A stretch of 64,000 nt of DNA. It comes from Candidatus Berkelbacteria bacterium. GTDB taxonomy: Bacteria; Patescibacteriota; UBA1384; JACPKC01. The stretch covers positions 25,051 to 89,050 of the forward strand of contig JACPKC010000006.1 in the NCBI GenBank assembly GCA_016187225.1. The letters are read 5' to 3'. Both the position numbers and the translations under genes were made by a program. Positions 51,608-58,872 of the stretch are shown in pieces (positions within the stretch are counted from its first letter, which is position 1; every line of letters starts with the position of its first letter). The notes below the pieces were generated by a model. The model searched no databases, was not told where the DNA came from, and was given only the letters and a program-made list of their open reading frames with translations.

Positions 51608-52240
51608 TCACCATGGCCAGTATTTCGCCCGCTTCTGACTCTTCATCAGAAGCGGGCGACTGGGCGCCCAACCACACTCCTTACTGCCCATGGGGCATAG
51701 GGTGTAGTGGGCACCCGAGCCGCAGGCGCACTCGGCCGCCTGGGCCAGAGCCTCGAGAACTTCAGGTCGGTTTCTGAAGTTCCCGAGAACTTCAGGTCGG
51801 TCGAGTTGGCGAACCTCGACGGGTCCGCTGATCGCCTCGAAAAAAAATTCGAGGTAGACCGATTCCCGCTGGCTAAGCGGGTCAGTCACCCCCTCGTACT
51901 GAAGGGTCCAACCGGCCACGCCTTGCAAGGCAACGAGCCTCGCGCCGGAGGTCGAGGAGGTCCAGGCGAAGGACGTGACGTCCTCCTCCAGATACCCCCT
52001 CCAACCAGAGTGCTCCCCAGGCACTCGATGGGCGACGGGAGCGGTCGGAGGCATTACCTCCCGCCCGCCCAAAGAATTTTCCGCCATATAGACGAGCCCC
52101 TCGCGGGGTGCCGCCTCGGGTTCGCAGTCCTCCCCCCGTGGCATTTGGTTGGTTAGCCCGAAGGCCAACGAAACCAAATTTTCCCACGAGGTTTCCCCCG
52201 CGAAAATGTTTTGCTGGGTGGCGCTGGTGAGGGTCGTCAT
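51608..52240 (-). CDS. Hypothetical protein (210 aa) with an internal 19-bp tandem duplication
   Basis: An RBS GGGAGGG sits upstream of the ATG. The duplication ccgagaacttcaggtcggt x2 (51758-51810) encodes RPEVLGNFRNRPEVLE. Confidence 0.5.
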   Translation of the reverse strand: MTTLTSATQQNIFAGETSWENLVSLAFGLTNQMPRGEDCEPEAAPREGLVYMAENSLGGREVMPPTAPVAHRVPGEHSGWRGYLEEDVTSFAWTSSTSGARLVALQGVAGWTLQYEGVTDPLSQRESVYLEFFFEAISGPVEVRQLDRPEVLGNFRNRPEVLEALAQAAECACGSGAHYTLCPMGSKECGWAPSRPLLMKSQKRAKYWPW

Positions 52241-52482
52241 GTTGACGCCCTCCCTTCTTGCCCATTTTTCGATGGGCGGATCGTGGGTTTTTAACGTGTT
52301 TTACCACACGGATGACAAAGCTAACTCATCCCCATTGGGCATTAGTTAGCAGGGCATCACCCTGCTGCTATTTTAGGACCCGAGCACAGAGTCCTCGCTC
52401 TTCACTTCGATCCTCGTCGGATTGACGAAAAGCGAAGAAAGAGCCCTGCCTCACCGGTCGAAACCGACGAAGCAGGATGGGA

Positions 52483-52860
52483 TCAGTCGTCGGGCTGGCG
52501 ACGCGCGTCTGCCCCGAGTTCATCGAACTCGAGAACTAGACGTCTGACCCGTCGGAAACGAACAAACCGGTAGTACCGGCCGTTCACCTCCCAATCCGAT
52601 TCCTCCGGGTGCGCCACGATCTCGGCTTCCGACCAGAGTGGTCGAAGTCCCAGATCGACCATTCGGGCGAGAACAGAGAGCGGGACGACGGTAATCACAT
52701 CGTCATATCCACCCTCGCGGACTCGTCGCACGATCGTCTCGGCATTGTCGAACGGGCGCGAATCGCGCTCAACCCTCACATCCGCCCCAAACAACCGGCG
52801 CAAAGCGCCGAGCTGGACGGGATTCATCCCGTGCCGGCTGATCCAAAGGATTCGTTTCAT
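52483..52860 (-). CDS. Hypothetical protein (about 125 aa; start MKRILWISRHG...)
   Basis: An RBS GGAAAGGAGGGGG sits upstream of the internal ATG at 52860. The longer track ORF extends upstream without an RBS. Confidence 0.45.
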   Translation of the reverse strand: MKRILWISRHGMNPVQLGALRRLFGADVRVERDSRPFDNAETIVRRVREGGYDDVITVVPLSVLARMVDLGLRPLWSEAEIVAHPEESDWEVNGRYYRFVRFRRVRRLVLEFDELGADARRQPDD

Positions 52861-52877
52861 CGAATCCCCCTCCTTTC

Positions 52878-53066
52878 CTAGTTGATCCCGACGGTCTGCC
52901 CCGAGTATTGCGCGGCGATATACTGCGCATCCTCGAAATCGACCGGCTCGGACAAAATTTGGAACTCGCCCGGGTTTCGCGGGTCGGCAAACTCGGTCCA
53001 CAGCACCAGATAATTCCGGTCCGTGGTCGGCTGTCCTGACTCCAGCTCAACGATATGGATGGCCAT
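52878..53066 (-). CDS. Hypothetical 62-aa acidic protein
   Basis: It is preceded by the conserved repeated leader ...ATCGCGAGAGGAGGTGATCAC-ATG. Confidence 0.45.
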   Translation of the reverse strand: MAIHIVELESGQPTTDRNYLVLWTEFADPRNPGEFQILSEPVDFEDAQYIAAQYSGQTVGIN

Positions 53067-53195
53067 GTGATCACCTCCTCTCGCGATAATTGATTACGCA
53101 ACAACCCTTAAGTCGCGCGCTGATCGATAACCGTGAGAGAAGCCCGACCCCACAATCCACCGAAGCGAACGTGGGGTCGGGAAAAACAACTACTC
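53063..53195 (-). promoter_or_regulatory. Repeated intergenic module: terminator-like hairpin (cccgacccc...ggggtcggg), a conserved cttctctcacggttat box, and the leader gcgtaatNaatNatcgcgagaggaggtg-ATG. A second copy lies at 51455..51612.
   Basis: Two copies have the same order of conserved blocks and a variable spacer. Each directly precedes a minus-strand small gene. Confidence 0.6.
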
Positions 53196-53429
53196 GTCGA
53201 CCGGAAAGACGAAATACTGGAATACGCTGAAACTAGTTGCCGCGGCAACCGTTCGCGCATCCTCCAATGCTTCATCCACCGTATCGTGCGTGCGAGTCAG
53301 AAAACAAACGTGCCCGTCGTAGCGATAAAGTTTTGCGCCCAACCGCTCGTACTGAACAACATCGTCAACTGGCTCGCAGTAGTTGTTCTCGACAAAGCCA
53401 CCGCGGTATTTCATTTTTTTCTCCTCCAT
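53190..53429 (-). CDS. Hypothetical 79-aa protein
   Basis: An RBS GGAGGAGAAAAAAATG. It lies downstream of the 53564..54151 gene in the same orientation. Confidence 0.4.
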   Translation of the reverse strand: MEEKKMKYRGGFVENNYCEPVDDVVQYERLGAKLYRYDGHVCFLTRTHDTVDEALEDARTVAAATSFSVFQYFVFPVDE

Positions 53430-53563
53430 TCTTTTGATGGGGCAGTCGCTATCAGCGAGATGTCCATCAAAGTTCAGAGGCGCGGTGGCTTAAAAAACTG
53501 TTGGCCAGCCTTCCGAGCGGCTGGCAAAAAAAGTGAACCTCGCTCGGACGAGGGAGATGAGGG

Positions 53564-54151
53564 CTAGATTTGCGGCATGCGCCGCTCATCTAGCCACTCC
53601 CACTCGCTGGGGAGTGAGTCCCTCTCGGGGTAGGGGGTGGTATCGTCCCACCCCTGATTCTGCCACGCCGCCGTGTCGGCCCGCCGCTTGACGCGGCCGG
53701 TCATGAGGGCCTCGTCCTCCGGGGCCGAACCGGAGGATATCAGTCCCCCCTGGTAACCCCGCCACATCTGGTGGCGGAGATACTTGTCCCCCGCCAGGAT
53801 GGGTCCAAGCGAGGAATAGCACCAGGGATGCCGCGAGAGATACTCTCGCAGGAACCCCTCGAGTCCGACCTCGAACTCCAGGCGCCGAAGCGCCCGGCTC
53901 GCCGTCGCCCGCAGTTCGTGCGGGAGGGACTCCTCCTCCCCCACAAAGGGGAAGTAGGGTCCGTGTGCCGTATCTGGCACCTCCCCCAGGGCCCCAGACA
54001 ATTTGTAGTACGGGACCTGGTTGACCCGCACTCCCAGGATGGCCGGCGAGGCGATCCATCCTTGGTGCTTTCCGTCCACCTGGACGGAGTAGAGCCCGGC
54101 GACCTCGCCGGACTCTACCAGGGTCAGGGTGCTGTTCTGGGTGCTCTGCAT
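53564..54151 (-). CDS. Hypothetical 195-aa protein (MQSTQNSTLTLVESGE...) sharing a 5' module with the gene at 58185..58625
   Basis: The start is at the ATG inside the conserved roughly 135-bp promoter/leader repeat (RBS GGAGGTG). The first roughly 10 codons are homologous to the paralogous cassette. Confidence 0.5.
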   Translation of the reverse strand: MQSTQNSTLTLVESGEVAGLYSVQVDGKHQGWIASPAILGVRVNQVPYYKLSGALGEVPDTAHGPYFPFVGEEESLPHELRATASRALRRLEFEVGLEGFLREYLSRHPWCYSSLGPILAGDKYLRHQMWRGYQGGLISSGSAPEDEALMTGRVKRRADTAAWQNQGWDDTTPYPERDSLPSEWEWLDERRMPQI

Positions 54152-54266
54152 GGCAGGCACACCTCCATTCTTAAACTCCCGCTTGCGCGGGGCGATGGAA
54201 GGACTATAAATAGTCAGCCCGTCGCCCAACATAAACGAGTTATTTCCGCTCATCCTCGATTCCTCA
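54130..54266 (-). promoter_or_regulatory. Repeated promoter/leader module, about 135 bp, copy 1; copy 2 lies at 58614..58749
   Basis: The two copies are near-identical, for example gtgctctgcatggcaggcac...cccgcttgcgcggggcgatggaaggactataaatagtcagccc...cataaacgag...catcctcgattcctcatcggtttcga. The module contains a GCAA-tetraloop hairpin cccgc-gcaa-gcggg in the leader and the start codon of the downstream gene. Confidence 0.7.
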
Positions 54267-54408
54267 TCGGTTTCGATGAAAGTCCGAGGTAACTCAAAAA
54301 AAACTTTTGGCCAGCCGCGATGCGGCGGTGAAGCTTGATTAGCATCAAACCTCGCCGCCACAACCCGAGTTTGCAGAATCCCTGTTAATTTCCTATACTT
54401 GAGTTATT

Positions 54409-54648
54409 ATGCCTAATGTCTTCATTCCCAAAGAATATGAACGGACTCGCGAGCTCGTCGCCATCCCTAAAAAGAAGTATGAGGCTTATCTTGAGGCGCA
54501 ACGCGCTCAAGCACGACCAGCCAAACATGCCCAATCCAAACGAGATCAAGAGCTGACGGAGGTACTGGAAATTATCCGCAGAGGTAAAGCCGACTACCGC
54601 GCCGGTAGAATTCGGACTGTCCAATCGCTTTCGGAACTCATGGAGTAA
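54409..54648 (+). CDS. Type II antitoxin (RelB/ParD/Phd-like)
   Basis: A 79-aa protein immediately upstream of a RelE/ParE-like toxin gene, with a 5-nt gap. A sigma70-like promoter TTGCAG-17-TATACT lies upstream. Confidence 0.6.
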   Translation: MPNVFIPKEYERTRELVAIPKKKYEAYLEAQRAQARPAKHAQSKRDQELTEVLEIIRRGKADYRAGRIRTVQSLSELME

Positions 54649-54653
54649 ATCCA

Positions 54654-54926
54654 GTGCGTCGACCGATCGCAACTATCGATGTGACGCCAGATTTTGAAAA
54701 GGCTTTTCGTCGCCTGCCAGTTCGTATCCAGCGTTTGGCCACCAAGAAAACAAGTTGGTTTCGCGATAATGCACACGATTCCAGGCTAAAAACTCATAAG
54801 TTGAGCGGCCAACTCAACGAACACTGGTCGTTTTCCGTAAATCGCGAGTACCGGATTCTATTTGAGTTCACGAGTAATACCACCGCACTCTTCCACTCAA
54901 TTGGCACCCACGCCATCTATCGTTGA
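54654..54926 (+). CDS. Type II toxin, RelE/ParE superfamily
   Basis: A 90-aa protein with the motif HKLSGQLNEHWSFSVNREYRILFEF, characteristic of RelE/ParE-fold toxins. Confidence 0.65.
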   Translation: MRRPIATIDVTPDFEKAFRRLPVRIQRLATKKTSWFRDNAHDSRLKTHKLSGQLNEHWSFSVNREYRILFEFTSNTTALFHSIGTHAIYR

Positions 54927-55294
54927 AGTGCGTCTGCAACCCGTAAGACCGATCCGGATCAATCCCCAGGCGCCAAAACTCGATGTGAGTGGAGAGATGC
55001 TTCCATCGCTGGTCACAACTATTCGTTGCGTCAAGTAAAAAGATCCCTTCCTCCGATTTTAGGGGAAGAGAAGAAGCGGGGCGGGAGGCAAGCGTGCCTG
55101 CGACCGCCCCAAGCTTTGGCCGGGTTCCGATCGATTGATCGGAAGCGTTAAGACGGGAGCAATCCTTCGGGGTGTTCGCTCAACCGTCTTGCCGGCCTAC
55201 CCGCAAAAGTTGCGGGTAGGGTTGGATTCTCCGCCGTCGGCGGATTCTTACTCTCGCGCCACCAACCAAGGCGCGGGAGGGCAGTGTTTATGCT

Positions 55295-55510
55295 AGACCA
55301 GTCTCGCAAAGAGACAGTCGGCTTCATGCTCGACGTCCTCTCCCGAGTCTGATCTAGACTCATTTCCACAGCAGAGACACTGTCTGTACTCAAACAGTGT
55401 GCCTCCACTGGAGAAATTGTGCAGTTCGTTGTTTTTGATCCACTGCACAATTTCTCTTTTCAGCTCGGGATCACTTTCGATCGCCCGAGCAAGATTGGAG
55501 AAAAGCATTC
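55295..55510 (-). CDS. Small 71-aa Cys-containing protein (…YRQCLCCGNESR…)
   Basis: An RBS GGGAGGAGGGAGAAAGA-ATG. It contains a perfect 12-bp inverted repeat within the CDS. Confidence 0.35.
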
Positions 55511-56194
55511 TTTCTCCCTCCTCCCACCCTCGCGGGTAGGATGCCTGGTTGGCCGCGGGTGCGGGCCAGGGCGGGCAGATTCCCAATTCTTCCGTGATCG
55601 TGGGTTTCGACCACGCTCTGCCAGTCCGTGGAGGACTAGCATCCCGTTCTTTGAACGAGGAGCGTCCCCACGGAGCCTGGTGGCTCGGAAGAATTGGGTT
55701 TCCCCTTGTTCGTCCACTCACCAACTGCCAGCGGTGAGAGACAGGGCGGTTCGCCCCTCCAAGCGCGCGAAGACTAACTGGTCGAAGCGCGCGCTAGAGC
55801 CGAGTTTTGGTTACTTGCTTACTCGGGTGCAAGGTTGTCTTTATTCTCTGGGCGTTGCTGCCGGCAGACACATTTTTTTTTACGAGAGTGTCCACTCGTT
55901 CCAATTATTACTAATTGGATCGTTCCCTGCGCTGACCGGGCAAGGAGACCGGACTGATTTATGTTTTAGAAGCAACGCCAGTGAACGTTGCTCAACCGCG
56001 CGCGTGCCTTCATTAAAGAGGCCGCTTCTCACGGATAACTATGGTCACCCCTTAAAACCGCTCCGACAGTTTTAAGGGGATCTTTTACGCCACCCGACGT
56101 TGCCATTATGGTTTAGGCAACTCTCCCCGCCGACCTCAACGCTACAACGCGCTTAGGGCCAACGGTTGACGGGTGGGAGCCTGTCGTGGCACCC

Positions 56195-56602
56195 CTATGC
56201 GAGAAGGGGCAGAAGCACCTGCCGACGCTCCTGGTCAAATGTGTCCTTTAATAGACACCGTTTCGACCAGGCTTTAGATGGTTCAGCATTCAGGTACTGA
56301 ACCATCTGTCTGTACGCCATCTTGTCCGACGACGCACAGAACGCCCGTGCTCCCCCCTCGAGCTGACGGCCAACCTCCTCCTGGAGGTCCCAGATTGACG
56401 AAAGATTTTCCCATCCTTCGCCTCCAAGACTCTCGTCCAGGAAGAGCACGGCGTACTGGCGTTCAGCCAGCGCCTGCCGCGTCTCGGCCGCCGTCGTAGG
56501 AGCCACGACGTCCACGCCAACCGGCAGGACAGCAAGGAGCCGAGAGAGGAACATCTCTCGCCACTCCTCGCAGTCCTCGATCAGCAGGACGCTTTGGTTC
56601 AT
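56195..56602 (-). CDS. Standalone response-regulator receiver-like domain protein (degenerate)
   Basis: LLIEDCEE...VLFLDESL places acidic residues at CheY-like positions. The RBS is GGAGGTGAAAAG-ATG. A perfect 11-bp inverted repeat lies within the CDS. Confidence 0.45.
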   Translation of the reverse strand: MNQSVLLIEDCEEWREMFLSRLLAVLPVGVDVVAPTTAAETRQALAERQYAVLFLDESLGGEGWENLSSIWDLQEEVGRQLEGGARAFCASSDKMAYRQMVQYLNAEPSKAWSKRCLLKDTFDQERRQVLLPLLA

Positions 56603-56929
56603 CTTTTCACCTCCTTCGTTGGACTCAATTTTGATTTACCGATCAAATCCAACGAGGAAATGAATGCGCTCCTTAAGAACAAATCTGCTGCAAAAGTTCA
56701 ACCATGAATCAAACTCCAGTCACTATGGCTCTAATGACGTGCTCGCCCATCATCTTAACGACCTAACCCATTTCCGCACCGCGATCGCCCGCTGGCTGAC
56801 GAAACAAGTTGACTGATCAAGCCTTTCGAGACTTCGTTGACGATCTCCGATTCACGATTTTATAAGTTAATAAATCATGAACCCGAGTCGATCTCCCTCT
56901 ACCTGCTTGCACAGGCGAGGGAGAAAAAT

Positions 56930-57226
56930 CTACATCGCTGCCCGAACCCGGTCGGCAGCTAGTCGCTCTCTACGCCACCTCTCCTCGAGGTACTCGGCGT
57001 ACCAAGCGAGCAACTGCTCGGTGGTGCCGTCGAGAGCGGCGTTAACCGCCTCGAGCTGGGCGGCTTCTTTCTCCAGGTCGAGGCCGTCGAGCGGCTCAAG
57101 CTGGAGAAAGTACGCCGCTTCACGAATGGCGGCGTCCTTGGCGCGGCGCACCACGGCCGGAACCATGGCGTTCTTGGCCTCCGCCTCGGCGTACCGGCCC
57201 TCCCGGTTGTCGCGTTCGGTCGCCAT
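56930..57226 (-). CDS. Hypothetical 98-aa acidic/helical protein
   Basis: An RBS GGAAGGGAGG sits upstream of the ATG. Confidence 0.4.
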   Translation of the reverse strand: MATERDNREGRYAEAEAKNAMVPAVVRRAKDAAIREAAYFLQLEPLDGLDLEKEAAQLEAVNAALDGTTEQLLAWYAEYLEERWRRERLAADRVRAAM

Positions 57227-57301
57227 TTTGAGCGACCTCCCTTCCTTAATTGGTATTCAGGGAACCACCCTGCTGCTATTTTAGGACCCGAGCACAGAGT
57301 C

Positions 57302-57351
57302 CTCGCTCTTCACTTCGTCTTTCGATGAATCGAAAAGCGAAGAAAGAGCCC
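57302..57351. repeat. 50-bp repeat, left copy, flanking the vapBC cassette (ctcgctcttcacttcgtctttcgatgaatcgaaaagcgaagaaagagccc)
   Basis: It is identical 50/50 to the copy at 58098..58147. It forms an imperfect palindrome with bulges. A variant copy with a different 17-nt centre lies at 52398..52447. Copies 52358.. and 57266.. also share a 36-bp 5' extension. Confidence 0.8.
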
Positions 57352-57427
57352 GGCTCTCCGGTTGATTTGAAGATCATAGTTGGAATCAAGAGTGAAAGAT
57401 TGGTAAGATAATTGACGAAAGGAACTG

Positions 57428-57730
57428 ATGCCCAAAGTAATCAGTAAACCAAAAATCCGCGTTCCTGATGCGTACCAGGGTTATCAACGTTTGGTGGCGA
57501 TTTCGGAAACAGATTACCAGCGCCTGGTTGACAAGATGCGACCTGCCAAAACCGATCCGGCCGATCGCGCCACTGTCTGGAAAGCAGTGGAAGGCATCTG
57601 GGCTGACCGAGACGATCTTGATCCAATCCGTTATCAACGGCAATTACGGAACGAGTGGAATAAACGCGAAAAACGCCAGTATCGCTTGGGCGGGCGGGCA
57701 AAAAATTCGACGCACGCTAAGCGCTCATGA
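57428..57730 (+). CDS. vapB: VapB-like antitoxin
   Basis: A 100-aa protein that overlaps the downstream PIN toxin gene by 4 nt. Its GC is clearly lower than the surrounding island. Confidence 0.55.
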   Translation: MPKVISKPKIRVPDAYQGYQRLVAISETDYQRLVDKMRPAKTDPADRATVWKAVEGIWADRDDLDPIRYQRQLRNEWNKREKRQYRLGGRAKNSTHAKRS

Positions 57731-58092
57731 CGCTCGACACCAATATCATCATCACGCTTCTCAAAAACGAAGCGTCTTTGGTGAAATGGTTCCAGCAACT
57801 GCAGCGCGACCAGGTTATTTTCATATCCTCGATCACGCGAGCTGAACTTTTATCAGAATCAAAGTCAACCGCTAGGCAACTTGCTCGGATCGCACGATTT
57901 TTGAATTCCTTCCATTCTGTGCCACTAGATGACAAAATTGCCGATCATGTCGCAAGCTTGCGGCGCGCCTACTCTAAACTGCATGTTCCTGATGCCGCCG
58001 TGGCCGCCACTGCAATCATCATGGGCACGCCACTCGCCAGTCGCGACAAGGTATTTCGAAAGATTAAGGAACTCGATTTGATTGTGCCATAG
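57727..58092 (+). CDS. vapC: VapC PIN-domain toxin
   Basis: A PIN domain with a conserved acidic residue in MTLDTNIII near the N-terminus and conserved Asp/Glu further on, in a 121-aa protein. Confidence 0.7.
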   Translation: MTLDTNIIITLLKNEASLVKWFQQLQRDQVIFISSITRAELLSESKSTARQLARIARFLNSFHSVPLDDKIADHVASLRRAYSKLHVPDAAVAATAIIMGTPLASRDKVFRKIKELDLIVP

Positions 58093-58097
58093 GCTTT

Positions 58098-58147
58098 CTC
58101 GCTCTTCACTTCGTCTTTCGATGAATCGAAAAGCGAAGAAAGAGCCC
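58098..58147. repeat. 50-bp repeat, right copy, flanking the vapBC cassette
   Basis: See the left copy. It is an exact direct repeat. Confidence 0.8.
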
Positions 58148-58184
58148 CCCGCTCGAAATGTTTTGCGAGACGGGGGGACAACGT

Positions 58185-58625
58185 TTAGACAGGCGCCTCG
58201 AGCGGGCGCTGGACGAGGGCTTTGCGCACCTCGACCCCGACGACTTCGTAGCCGCCGAAGGCGAGGATGTCACGCCCTCGCTCATCCTGGCCGGTCACGA
58301 TCACCCGCCCGTCCTCGCCCCGCTTGAAGACCTGGCGCAGGACATGAATGCCCTGCTCGGCCAGCCCCTCGACGAGGGCGATCATGACCGGCTCGGGCCC
58401 GCCGGCCTCGACCGCCACCACCTCCCTCTCCTCGGTGGCCTCGATCATGTCGATGACCGCCTGGACGGCGGCCACCGGATCGGCGCCATAAGGCACGTCC
58501 TCGGTGACCACCTCGAGGTCGTCACCGAAGACGACCGCGAGGGCCGCTCGACGGTCCTCACTCAACGGGTGACGCATCACCCGCAGGATTACCGGGGTCA
58601 GGATGGTGTTTTCGGTGCTCTGCAT
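58185..58625 (-). CDS. Hypothetical 146-aa protein (MQSTENTILTPV...) carrying the shared 5' module
   Basis: It has the same promoter/leader/first codons as the gene at 53564..54151. Confidence 0.5.
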   Translation of the reverse strand: MQSTENTILTPVILRVMRHPLSEDRRAALAVVFGDDLEVVTEDVPYGADPVAAVQAVIDMIEATEEREVVAVEAGGPEPVMIALVEGLAEQGIHVLRQVFKRGEDGRVIVTGQDERGRDILAFGGYEVVGVEVRKALVQRPLEAPV

Positions 58626-58872
58626 GGCAGGCACCTCCTCTCATGAGCTCCCGCTTGCGCGGGGCGATGGAAGGACTATAAATAGTCAGCCCAGCGCCCA
58701 ACATAAACGAGTCAGTTCACACTCATCCTCGATTCCTCATCGGTTTCGACCCGTTCTAAACGAAGTCGAAGAATGAGAGCCCGAGGTGAGCCCCCGACCG
58801 CATTCAGCAATGGGTCAGGGTCAAGCAGTCCGGCGCAAGTAAGCTACCTGGCCGGACTGAAGTCATGAGGCG

